In this document: positions 34,750-47,101 of the stretch, piece by piece
How positions within the stretch are numbered: the stretch's first letter is position 1
Layout of the letters: every line of letters starts with the position of its first letter
From: Vitrella brassicaformis CCMP3155
Lineage: Eukaryota > Protista > Chromerida
Length of the DNA stretch: 64,000 nucleotides
Assembly: GCA_001179505.1 (NCBI GenBank)
Contig: CDMY01000293.1
Location: 67,528 to 131,527 of the forward strand
Direction of reading: 5' to 3'
Program-made: the position numbers and the translations under genes
Notes under the pieces: model-generated
The model's input: only the letters and a program-made list of their open reading frames with translations
What the model was told of the DNA's origin: nothing
Databases searched by the model: none

Positions 34750-37204
34750 CTATATGAATGTCCTCGAGAAGGGGAACGAGAAGTAGGGGCACATGTCTTC
34801 TGCTGAGTCCGCGTCGTACCTGTCTGGATCGACCGCATGCAGCATGAAGACTCGAATGAAAACCACAAATGCGCTGGTACTGCACACATCACAGACAGGC
34901 AAATGTGAAACGAAGGTATCACGTGAACAGGAGTCTGTTCGTTAATCGTTTCTAACATTCCGATAAACCCCAGGAGGCAGGTAAGTATTGAGGCCTTCAC
35001 GACACCTGGCCTCTGAGCACAGCAGCGGCAGGTTACTGATCCGGACCATCCAGAGGACATGGACGGTCTCCAAAGCGCCCTCAACCACGAGCAGCACGAC
35101 CAGTCCGGCGATGCCCATGAAGAAGCTGGCAAGAGACGCGTCTTTGTGCCATATCTGATCGGTGACCAGAACCATTAGATTGGTAAAGACCAAGGTCATC
35201 ATTTCCGTCATCGACCATCTACGCAACACCACAAAAGCACACAAGGAGATTTCAGAAGCGGAGCGATTCGATGTTTGTCTCTTACAGTCTTATCTGGTCC
35301 GACAGCGCACGTTTATATCGGGGGCTGATTTCCAGCGAAGCAAATGCTGACTGCATGCTGGCAGCTTGGGCAAGAGAAGAGGTTGACCTGCTGAAGGTCT
35401 CACGCATGGAGAGCACTGTCGTGGTGATTGCTGTGCTTTGACATGTCGAAGAAGCATTTCCACTTCTCTTGCCAGAGGCCGCCTTGCCATGCTAACGGTT
35501 GCTCGTCACCGTGTCCTGCCGTGTCTCCATGAAGACGGCTGCGTCTCTAGTGCATCGACCAGACTTGAGAAATCTCCGCACGCCGAGATAGAGCACGATT
35601 CCTGGGGGAATTACGCAATCGTAGTACCACGTGAGAAAACATGAGTGGATCGATTTCTCTCTTTGCTCGAGAGGACCTACCGTAAGGAAGAAGTATGTCG
35701 GTGATGAGATCAAAGCTGATCGAGGAAGAGGCCACGGACGACAAGAGATATACGCGTTAGTTGTGGCTTCCAAACAGGCAGCTTACAATGCGATGGCCAC
35801 CGAGTAGAGGAGTTTACTGCTTAGGCTCACCATCTTCCCCTGAATGAGCCTAGGTGTCAGCAGGTACGGCACCGCAGTCAACACAACCAAGAGTGAGCTC
35901 CAAATTGGCGGACCCTCCTGGAAAAGTGAATACAGACGCATAGCATCAGTAGCCATGGTCGAGAATCAAACCCATACACGCAGGGATCTGAGGATCTTGT
36001 TCGCAACGGAGACGACTGGCCACCCAAATACGACACTCTGCAAAGCAATTTGAGCCTAGCAGAGAGGACATACACGTGCACATGGAAAGATGCACATGGA
36101 AAGGTGCGTATAGCGTTCAAACCAATCCATCTCTTTACCCACTTACCCTGGCATAATCGTCTTCAGCTCTACTGCCTCGAGGCAGAAAGTATCTCATAGA
36201 CAGCTTTCTCAACGCCATTAGACCGATGCAGGGTACCGCTCCCATCTTCAGCGCATAAGCGCGTTTCTTCGCAAAACCCAGTAATTTGGCGGCTTCGTAG
36301 AAAAGAGCCAAGGGAAAAAGAAAGTGAACCACCGTATATATACCGCCAAAAATGTATGCCTTCAAAGTAGGGCGCCACTGAAGGTGGTGGAGCATAGCAT
36401 CCAGCAGATTAAGCGCCGTTAGAAATGCCACTAACAGCCAGAACTTGCGCAGCAGAGACATGTTACGGTGAAAGCTAGGTCCTTCGAGTGTTATTGCCAG
36501 TGCAAGAAACCAACAATAACAATGCACCAGCCGACGAATCACGTCAACTGCCGCACCCATTATCCTCGACTCGCAGCTGAACCAATACATAAGTAGCGTG
36601 CTGATTACTACGGCTGACACACACAAAGCGGCCGCCAGCTGCCGAAGCATCATCTTGCCAATCCGCTGCATGGTCGACCACAGAGGCTCGGGATTGAAGT
36701 GGGTACCAACGACCACCTCTCTTGTGCTGCCGTCGGGGCCACGAACGGTCTTATACTCTAACACAGTCGGAAACTCCTCGAAGTTAGCTTCGTATCCGGC
36801 AGACTCTCTGAACCTGCAGTGAGACAATCACATGGACAGCCAGTGTTGTTCGTTGTGTTGTGTCCCCCCACGTACTCAGCCACCGAGGCAGCTATCGCCT
36901 TCTCCTCCCGATGATGGATGCCGTCAGGGGCGCCCTCTCTGTCGGCCTCTGAAGCGTAACATTCCTTGCTGTAGTCGTCAATGGCAATCGCCGTTGTCGT
37001 GTGTGCCGTGGAAGTGGAGAGCATGGACCGATAGGGCGGGATGCGCCCATGGGCCGGCTCTGCTGTCGTCTGGACGCACTCACCAGCTGCCCCCTTATCT
37101 TGCTCCGAGTCGGTGTCATTCTCCCGATGGTCGCCCAGAGCATCCATCGTTTGCTGCTGTGGGAATCTGGTGTCGTCGCTCTCTTCTCCACACGAGGGCT
37201 CCAT
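34750..37204 (-). pseudogene. Multi-pass membrane protein family, paralog B (near full length, premature TAG)
   Basis: ORF 36135-36827 has several TM-like segments. Later exons: AQIALQSVVFGWPVV..., EGPPIWSSLLVV..., FDLITDILLPYG, SLASFFMGIAGLVVLLVVEG, AFVVFIRVFMLHAVDP. TAG at 35492-35494 where paralog A has GAG; the donor matching A's TG|GTATGT also looks altered. Confidence 0.6.
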
Positions 37205-37394
37205 GATATCGCCACCCGATGGTGAAAGTCTCGTGATTCCACATTCTGGCGACAGAGGACAAGGAAGACAGGTCGAAGGCTGCATCTTGGCGCGGAGAAT
37301 CAGATCGTGCCAATGAAAGAAGACGCTTGGCCCCCCCGGGCCCCCGGGGGGCCCGCGATTTGGGGGCTCGCCCTTAGCTCGCCCTGGAAGACCG

Positions 37395-38872
37395 ATGTTT
37401 CTTTTCGGCTCCACTGTGCGGCGGTCCTCTCCAGCCGCTGATTCCATCGGCCGCCCCTCTGCATTGGCGCCAACTCGCCACTCTTCAGCGGCAGCCATTC
37501 GAGGCGCTGTCCGGGTGGACGAGGGTCTCTGGCTGGGCGATGGGGCGTGCCACAATGAGGACTGGCTGTCAGACAAGAGGGTGACGCGCGTCGTCAACTG
37601 CGGGTCGTGGTCTGCACAGCTCAAGGAGCGATTCGAGACTGTTGAGTACTTCCCCATGGCCAGTTTCGCTGACCATGCTTCAGGGGTAAGCGAAGGGAAG
37701 AGATGAATGCAGCCGGCCGCTGCATTCATGTCCTTGTGCCTTTATTGACTGCTGCATACAGGCCGGTCATTTTGAGGAGGAAGACGGCCGGCTGATGGAG
37801 ATGGCTGAATGGGTGATGGAGGGGCTGCGTCAGGGGGAGGGAGTTTTGGTGGGCTCACAGCTCGGCCGCAGTGAGGCTGTCGCGGCCATGGTCGCAGTGA
37901 TCATGATCAAGTGGGCAGCCCCCGTAGCAAGAACCAAAGGAGACACTGGAAGAGACACCTTTCTGTTCTCCCGTCTCCGATTCTTGCAGGAATAAGAAGC
38001 CTTTGTCGAGCGCGATAGCCCATGTGCGTCGGGCTGTCGAGGCCAAGGACGGGGCCATTTTCTTTCTGTCTGAGGGCTGCGAGCAGCGCCTGCGTGGCTT
38101 CATCTCGCGGCAGGGTGAGCAGAACCGGAAAAGGGCAACACAGAGATGCCTTTCTCGGTCTCTTTGGGTTTCAGTGAAGAAGGGCCTGAGTGGCGCCTTC
38201 AATCTCACGCCATCGGAGAAGTCAAACACATCGGAAACCCAACAGGTCAGTGATGACACTATATCATTCCATTTGTCCCCTGTCTGCATTTCCTTTCTGC
38301 ACACGCAGGCGGCGGAGTCGGCCCACCTGGCTCCTCTCCGCAGCCACCGAGTGATGTTTGGAGTCCACAACAGCATCTCCGACGACCTGCAGGACGGGTA
38401 CACGATGATGCCCTCCTCTGCCTCCCCATTCGCCACCGAGAGTGAGGGCGTGGGCGGAGGGCTGTCGAACCCTCCAACTCAACGAGGAGACATCGTCCGG
38501 CAGCAAGGGCCGTCAGCATATGACAGCCGCTGCCGGCAGTCCACACAAGACGACACGACCGTCGCCGAACCCCTGCCCATGCCCGAGTATCGTCCCGAGC
38601 CGTGGACACTGGCGCGATTCTTCTGCGAGTTTTGCACAGCGTCGGTGCTGTTCTGTGGCGCACTCGAGGAGCCCACCACCCTCGACTCCCACGACCTGGT
38701 CTTCGACCGACGGCCGTCCATCGATCCTGTGGGGGTGGGTGACTCAGATCGGCCGGTGGGGCACGACCAGGAGGACGAGGAGGGCAGCGGGCTGGTGGAC
38801 GAGGCGAAGCCCCTGCTTACGCCCACGCGGGAGGGGACTCGGGGGGGACTTTTTGCCGATGACGACATCTGA
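37395..38872 (+). CDS. Dual-specificity phosphatase-fold protein with degenerate P-loop (pseudophosphatase)
   Basis: Spliced: VDEGLWLGDGACHNEDWLSDKRVTRVVNCG...|AGHFEE...EGLRQGEGVLVGSQLGRSEAVAAMVAVIMIK|NKKPLSSAIAHVRRAV...EQRLRGF. This follows the DUSP pattern, but H-C-x-x-G-x-x-R-S is replaced by G-S-Q-L-G-R-S-E-A. Confidence 0.7.
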
Positions 38873-39175
38873 GTGAGATATGTGAGTGAGTGCGTGAATG
38901 AGTGTGTGAGAGACATCTGCGGAGCTTGTATAGGCGGACGGACAGACGGAGGAAGGACTGATAGACGCCTCCATGCGTGTCTTTTGCAAAGCCTTGAATA
39001 CGGTCTGTCTGTGTGTCTCTTTGGATGCACTCACCCCCTCACTCACTGCATGCTCTTGCACGCCAACCTCCTATGTTATGTCTACATCATGATCGCAGGC
39101 ACACACGCACCCCACTCACATCTTAGCTACTATGCACTCACACACGCACACGCAGACACTCATCCATCCATCCAT

Positions 39176-41251
39176 TCACCGGCGAGGATTGCAACACGCC
39201 AACCTCTGGCAGCACGATGACGACGCTGGCTGGTCGCCACAGTAGGAAGAGGACGACCCGCCATCTCTCACACTCTCCATCGGGTCAGTGGCAAACAGCC
39301 CACACAGACTGCCCAGAGTCCGCACGCACGAGCTGCGGCCGTCACTTCCACTGGCACAAGACTCCTTGGTGCGCCTCCTCCTCTCATAAAGATGCTCCTC
39401 TGCCCCCTCTCGGGTATGCAAGTACGGCGGGGGTGTCAAGGACCTCATCATTCCCACGCCCGCTCCCATCTGGCCGATGGGCAGCGTCACTCGTGTCATG
39501 GGCGGCGCTGCGGACGTCTCTCTCCTCTCGGGGGCCGGTCGCACGCGGACATCTGTTCGTGTGGGCAGTGTATGTGACGGCGGGGGCGGCGGGGTGAGGC
39601 CGACAGCCTCAGGGAGGGGAGTGGTCATCACGCCTTGGCTGGGAAGACGGGGCACAGAACGAGAAGGCGCTGCAGACACACAATGAGACAGAGACATACG
39701 AGCTATTCGTGCCATTGTGTCGTCTCTCTCTTCCATCCAGCTCACCCATCGACGCACCGCCGAGCGTCACACGTGCAGGAGCACCACAAGCAGCTCTCAC
39801 ATGGGCAATCGGCGGCGTGAGGGTGATGGGCGGCGGACTCATTGGGTCATACACCATGCGGGCGACCCTCGGTTTCTCGGGAGACGATGGCGGCGCCTTC
39901 GGCCTGTGCTTGCGGCCTGGCTTCTCCAACACTCGCTTCGGGGGCGTTCTGTCCACCTGCAGGAGGACTGATGGGTAGGGATGAGAGGATGTGACGCATG
40001 TCTCGCGGAGTGCCGTGGAGCTGATGAGGGTGTGCCGGTGAATCAATGCGGGGTCAGGGAGGCCGTGCTCGAGGGACAAGTCGGGAAGAGCGATCTGTGA
40101 GAGAGAGGAGAGAACGGAACGGAGAAAGTGGTCGCGGCGATCGGGCGAGTGGAGAATAATCATTTCTTCCCACCACATTCGTCGCTCTGGGCACATGGTA
40201 GTGTCTCGTCCCACCGACGACAGACGGCATCGTGCCCACACCTGGGGGTGTGGCGACATAGGGTTGACTGCGCATTGGGCCGTGGGGCACAGTAAAATGG
40301 GGGTGGGGGTACTGGCCTTCCAGCCATGGCTTGGTGTGCGTGAACGGGTAAGGCGGAATGCTCTGCGCCCGATCCGGAACGCTGTAGTAAGGCACTGACC
40401 TGGCGCCTTCAGCACCCTGATCAAAGAGCAAAGACGTCTTCCATCTTCACTAGCGTGTCTGTCTCAGCACATTGTGGCTGATTTACCTGTTCTTTCCAGT
40501 CGTATGACGGCCAGGCTCCCGGGGGCGTGTGCATCCCACCTGCGGCAGCAGTAGGGGGCGGCCCACCTCTGGGGTATGGCCACCTCCAGCCCTCACTCTC
40601 CCCCTCTTCCTCTTCGTCACGGGGCAGCGCAGGCACACCGCCCATGCCGTGTGTCACATCATGGGTCCGACGCAGCATCTCAGTCAAATTTGGGACATGA
40701 ACACCAATGGTCGTCCATACATCGCCGAGACGCCCTGCAGCGCTCTTCGGCCGACCAGCCGCAGCCGCCAACCTTTTCGCAATCGCCGCCCTCTTGGCTG
40801 CTCCCGTTGCTCCCCTGCCTACTCCTGAGACCCCAGGGGCGCGTGACCTGCCCCTAGCCCGCTCCCGCTCCTCATCTCTGGCCTGCTTGAGCAGCCGTCT
40901 CATTTTGCGCTTCTCCTTCACCTCTTGTGGTGTGACCGCTTTGGGCGGATACTGGGGATGTCTGGACGTCGGCTTGAAGGGCTGCTTCTCCTTCTCCTCC
41001 TCTGGTTTTGAGACGGTCTCGGAAGACTTCTGTGTGCTCTCTCGGCTGCCGAGCCGCATTGGTGGGGAGGTGACGCCCGACGGCTCGATGAGCTCGAAGC
41101 TCCGGCGCAGGAAGGAGTCGGACGGCCGCCGCTTGTATGCGTACTGGTTGTAGGCGCTGACGGTGTTGAGACGCTCGGGCATGCCCTCCCATGACGCCTG
41201 AACAAACCGGAATCACACCCATTGATGGATGGAGGGATAGCACGGCGCTTC

Positions 41252-41286
<35 letters not shown>

Positions 41287-44200
41287 TGTGTCTATCTCTG
41301 ACCTACCTGTGCCTCGGCAGTTGCGCGTGCGAATGCTCCGGCGAGCCCATCGGCTCTGGTTGGCAAGGTCCGCACTGGTTGCCTTTTCGGCTTCGGCCTC
41401 ACCATCACGCGGCCCCTGACATCCACTGGCTGCTTCTTGACGCCGTCGACAGACACATCCCTATCCCTGGGGAACCGACTGACCACTCTGCCCTTGGCCG
41501 CTGCGCGGGGTGTCGTGTCTCTAGCTGACCTTGTCGACCGTGCTGACCTGGCTGACCTGGCTGACCGAGCTGATCTGGCTGATCTGGCCGATGGCGTCCT
41601 TGAGGGTGGTCGCTCGCCTTCCTCTGCTGTCCTTGCAGCCGCTCTGCCCCTTCTTGCGGCCTCCTCCTTGTCTCTCTCCACGAGCAGCCCCCTAAGCCGT
41701 TCCTGGGCACTCGCGCCTCGCTGCAGCGCTGGACCCCCTGAGACACCCTTCTCTCTCTTTGCCTTGACAGTGCCACCGGGGGAGGTAACTGTCAAGCGCT
41801 CGACGGGCTTCGTGGGCGGCGTTGGGATGGCCTTGGGGCCGACTGAGGGAGAGTAGCGCGATGCGATGGCGCGCTTAGTCTCCTTTGCTTGTCCTCTCTC
41901 CTTTCTGGCTCTTTCGCGTTCCCCACCAGCAGCAGCACCAGCAGCAGTAGCAGCAGCATGCATCGGCGGCACTGAGACGGCATCTTTTTTCTTCCCTTTT
42001 ACCCGTTCAGCATCAGCCGGCGGCAGCGAGACAGCGCCCTCCTTGTTGACTGCCGCTCGAACAGCGACCGCGGCGGCCTCCCGCGTCCCTGGGATGCGCT
42101 GGTCACGTGTTGCACGAGAGGGGGCAGCTTTGCGATCCTCTGCTGGCGGTCTTCTCTCCTTTCTTCCCTGAGCAGTAGTTGCAGCAGCAGCAGCTGTGGG
42201 TGGCGGGGTGATCGGTCGGGCCAGTGTTTCTCCTTGAGCAAAGGAGGGTGTCTTGACAAGTGGAACATGTCCAGCGGTCTTCGTGGGAACGGGCCGGCCT
42301 GGGCCGGGGGGAGTGGGTCTCTGAAGAATCGATGCATAACAGGCGGATAGATAACATGACGGATGTTGTGTCGCTTCTTTCGTTTCGCGCCATCACCTGC
42401 GGTGGGGCAGCTGCAGGTCTTGTTGGGGGCTGCTCGCGGTCAACTTTGGCCGCTTCCTTGACAGCCACCTTCACTTTCGTTGGCGGTGTCTTTGTGAGTG
42501 GCTCGCGATCTGCCTCGCCCGGCCCCTGTGCTGGTGACGCCTTCATCCCACCAGTCGGCTTTGGTATCCTAGTGGGGATGGCAGAAGCGGGCAGAGCGGG
42601 GGCCTGCACGTTACACATACAATCGAGCGTACTCTTAGCTGCAACTCACATCTATCTGACCGCCTCATTCCATTCGTGATCTGACCTGATCTTTGACCTC
42701 TCTTTTGGCCGCTGCTTTCTCTCTCCTCTCCTTGTCTTCGCGGCTGGGCGGAGTGACGTCTTTTCTCTCTTCCGGTGCCTCTTCCGTCTCCAGCTGTATG
42801 CCTCCCTCCAAAAAGTGTGGCGTCGATGGAGCCTGAGGCTCCTCCTCCATACCTTCGGCAGCTGCAGCTGCAGCCTCGCCACGGCCAGGGCCGCCCTCAG
42901 CCTCCCCGCCGGCAGCCCAGACTTCCTGTTCCTCGCCGTCATAGATGCCGAGATCTTGCATTTCCTCAGGAGTCAGCTGCGTGCGGAGAGAAGGCTTCAC
43001 CGTGGTCTCGCCTGCCTGTTCTCCAGCGAAGGACTCAGCGCCCGCCGCCTCAAAATCAGCAGGAAGGCCTGTTTCTCCCTCCTGCTGGTACCCGTCAGCA
43101 GAAGCGGAAGGCCCAGTGACCTCCCTTTCCCCTTCCTGTCCGACCAGAACGCCGGCGACCTTGCCGGCCTCCTGTCTCCCTGCAAGGGCGGCGCCCTCCG
43201 TCTCATGATCTCTTTCGACACCAGCAATTATGTCCTCTTGCTCTTCTTCTGCGCCGGCAGCTTCCTCAAGTGGTTCCTGTCCTCGTGGGACGATGATGTC
43301 TTGATCCTCAGGTGGGGCCTGCTGCTCGTGACGCTCCGGTGCGAACTCGGGCACATCCTCTGCCCCCTCCACCTCTGCGGCAGGACGTCCTACTTCCTCC
43401 CATCCACCTGTCTCGGGCGGAACGGGATACGAAAACGACACAACGTCTTGAGGCCGTTCCTCCTCCTGCACGCCCTGCTCTTCCAAAGAGTCCCCGGCAG
43501 TAGGCCCCCCTTCGTAGCCGGCAGCTGCCTCCTGGGGTCCATAGGTGTCTTCTGAAGGCACAAGAGGCGGCACGTACAGTGCCTGCTCGGACGGCGGTCG
43601 GCGTATGCGACCGAGGTCCCGCTCCAGCCGATTCAGCTCATCTTCAACGTCTCGGAGATCCTCAGCCGCCTGCTGCTTGGCCGTCCTAGGGGCTGTGGGT
43701 GCTGCTGGGGCTGTTTGGATTGACACACCAGGAGGAAGGCCCGCAGATGACGGCAACTGAGCCTCCCTGGCCTCCTGTGATGGCTGCGACGATTCCTCCC
43801 CAGTTGGTTTGCCTTCGCCAATGCGGTGTTGGGTGCGGTTCTCAGTCGTGTCGTCTGCAGATGGCTGTTTGGCTATCTCTTGCTCTCTGTCTCCAGCTGC
43901 TTGAATGGTTGCGGTCTCTCCTTCTCCTACTTCCATCTCGATGCTTGCCCGTTGCACCAGTTGGGGCGCTGCGCCGAATGACGCAGTGCGGCCCGTCTTG
44001 ATGGCCGCGTCGTCGTGCGGCCAGCCGCCAGCCATGGTGCTCTCCAGCCCTTCAGCCATGCCTTCACCTTGCTCCGATCTCACACCTTGACCACCCTCAC
44101 CCTCCTCTTCTTGTGATGTCTCTGCTGCCCAAACTTGCTCTTGTGTTTCCATTTCCCTCCCAGCTGCAGCTGACTCCTCGCGCTGTGCTCTTTCCTCTGC

Positions 44201-44842
44201 AGACACCGACAGATTGCCTTCGGCTGCAGTTGCTGTGCCGGTAGCCCCTTTCGAGAACTGATGTCCTTCGGCAGATGCCGCCAACTCTTCCGGTGCTCCT
44301 GCACCCTCAGCCGTCTTTCCTCTGTGCTCTCCTTCTGCGTCCGCCCCAGTAAGCGCCGCCGACCGCCCACCCATTGAGGCTACGTCTTGTGTCAGCTTAG
44401 CCATCTGCTCCTCACCAGTCGACGCCTGCGGGCTTGGAGGTGTGGATGACAGACCCACACCAGCTGCAGCTCCAGCCCCAGCTGTCTCGTCCATGCCGCC
44501 CTCAATGCTGCCAAGCTGACTAGCCGAAGGTCCTTCTGCCGTCAGGCCGGCTTCCGTCAGGCCGGCTTGAGCAATAGCCGCTCCTTCTCCTTCTTGCGAG
44601 GGTCTCATCTGTATGTCAACTGATTCGCGTGACGTCCTCCTTTTGGCGTAGTGGTTGGCGATGCCCCGATCCTCGCGCACCTTAGCCTTCCGCTCCTCGA
44701 TCTTCCGCTGTATGCGGGACTGCATGTCCTCCTCCGGCTCAGGCACCTCTCCCGCCTTTTGCTCTCGCGTCCCGTCGTCAAGTGCCGCAGCATAAGGCTC
44801 CCATGCCTCCAGCCGGTGACGCGGCCTCTCCTCTGTGGCTGT

Positions 44843-44875
<33 letters not shown>

Positions 44876-46225
44876 GGGACCCTCAGCAGTGGTGGTCTCC
44901 TCCTCTTTCTCCTCCCTCTCTGTGACCCTGGTGACCAGTGATGACGCCTGCGATGTCTCCAAGCTGACGGCCTCTCCCCCTTCGGCTGCCCTCAGCCGCG
45001 TCAGGTCGGATGAGATCTCCGATGGCCGAGATGCATCATCGGAAGCAGGGGGTACCGATGCGAGCGATCGCGAGAAGTGGCCAATCGGCACGGTGTCAAA
45101 CTCGGGACGGGACGCCCCAAATCGTGTGAGGCCGGGCAGTATGGTGCCTTCAGGGAAGGTGAACTGCGCGGCGAGTGGGGCGGAGACCATGGATGACTCG
45201 CTGGTGGCGGTGCGGGAGTCGGAGGATGTAAGCTCGTGAGACACGGTGTCCGATGGGCGCTGCGCCGCCTCATCAGACGGCCGCGGGGCAGCCGATGGCT
45301 CGGCAGGAGGCTGCTTGTCTTCTCTTGTCTCAGACACCCCTGAGGCAGATTCAGCAAAAACGGCAGCCTCTCCAGCCTCCTCACGTGTGTGCTTGGTGGT
45401 GGCCGCAAATTCTCCCGATCCCTTCTTGTGGACGTAGAGCACCCCGGAGTCGCTGAGATTCCCCGATCTGCTGGCCGTCTTGCTGCCCATGAACCTGACT
45501 GTCTCCGTGGAGCTCTCCCCCTCTGTGCTGCCCATGCTGGCCATCGGGGGTATCTGGAGCGACATGACGATGGGTGACTCGTCGCGGGCGGTGGCTGGGG
45601 CAGTGCGGGGGACGCCGTAGGTCGGGGAGACATCTGCTGTCTCGTGTGCTGCTGCTGCTGCTGGTGTCCTCTCCTCGGCTATCGTGGATGAGGCGATGGC
45701 TGAGGTCCTCCCGATGCCCACCATGCTGCCACCGCGACTTGGGGTGCGCTCCGTCATAGAACCCTGCACACACGCACATCAAGGCGACTGCGGATGGATG
45801 GGTGCTCCTGCCGTTCCTCATGACTGTACCCACCATGTATCCGAGTGCCTTGCGTCTCTCCCTCTCCAGCTCGATAGCCCTTGCAATCTTGTCGTCGATG
45901 GTCTTGGCCTCCACCTCTCTCTCAATGGTGTCGCGGGTGATGGTTTGCCGAATACGCGACTGAGGACTGGGACCCCCTGCAGCAGGCGAACCGCTCGGCT
46001 CGGAGGGTGCAAGACCTCCCGAGGTCTGCGAGAGAGGAAAATGCCACTTGGAATCGGTTCGCTTGGAAACGATGAGTGAGTAGACGCATGCACCTGAATG
46101 AGCAGTTGGCGGCCTCCGCTGGCCTCGAGGGATGAAGGACCAGCAGATTCCCTCCCTTCGGCCTGCACACAAAGAAAGGGACGGCAGACATTTGCTGGTC
46201 AATCAGTCACACTGCCGGCTGGCTG

Positions 46226-46258
<33 letters not shown>

Positions 46259-46670
46259 CACGTCGGTGTCGCTGATGGAAGAGGCCGAGCCGATGGATTG
46301 GATGTGCCTTCTCCTCTCCTGCTCTATCTCGAGTGCCCTCTGCAGCCGCCCCTCCACTCCCCCCAGCTCACCCATACGCCTGTCCTGGTCGTCGCGGATC
46401 TGCTGCCGAAGCTGCTTACGCTGCACATCAGACATGCCAAACACGGTCCCCGTCTGCAGGCAGAAAGATCAAGGAAAGAGAGAAACAAAGAGGCAATCAA
46501 TGTGTGACTGTCTCACACACCCGTCCGCTCGTCCGGCTGTCCCGTCTCGGCGGGTTCTCCTCTTCCGTGGGCTCCTCCGCGACGCTGAGAGTCACATTTC
46601 TCTGCTCTCTCCTGCGGACCTCGCTCTCGGTTGGGGAGGACTCGCTCGAGCTCGACGTCGACTGCTTCAT
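39176..46670 (-). CDS. Very large low-complexity, E/A/S/R/P-rich (probably disordered) protein; includes a 3.1-kb exon
   Basis: ATG 46670 (MKQSTSSSSESSPTE). ORF 42665-45769 is 1034 aa; further coding-biased exons at 46199-46444, 45381-46202, 42103-42618, 41292-41972, 40421-41182, 39609-40424. Ends ...SSSCCQRLACCNPRR*. Confidence 0.6.
41524..41592 (-). repeat. Coding 9-bp tandem repeat encoding (S-A-R)n
   Basis: GCTGACCTG-type units; protein reads PSARSARSARSARSARSARSTRSAR. Confidence 0.85.
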
Positions 46671-47101
46671 CGTGAAGAGAAAGTCAGCTGATGATCACCG
46701 AGGCCGATTTCTCCAAGCTGTACGATCTCGGCGCGGCCTCAGGGGTGACTGCTTGCGAGACCGGTCAGTGCGGCGCGGAGGAAGCCTTTTGGCTCACAGC
46801 TCTAATGGGGGTCTCGACAAACGCCTTCCGCCGCGCGTTGCGGGTCTGCCGGTGATACGATTGGCAACGTCAAATTGCTCACACGGGTGAAAATGTACAC
46901 TCCCTGGACGTTCTCTGTTCAATGGTGCATGCAGTCTCGCCCCCAGAGGAGCCCCCCGAGATCGCACGAACGCCAGGGAGCAAAGGGTGTGTCGTAAGGC
47001 ACACGTGACGGCGAAAAATCGCAAATCTGTAGCGTTTCGGACCAGTACAGACAGATATCAGATCTCGGGATAGATACGCATCATACATCTGAAGGATCGC
47101 A

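Noticed and set aside
36758-37729. 323-aa minus-strand ORF as the N-terminus of membrane paralog B
   Set aside because: Its 5' half overlaps exon 1 of the DUSP-like gene, and homology to paralog A starts only near 37230, so the upstream part is likely antisense shadow.
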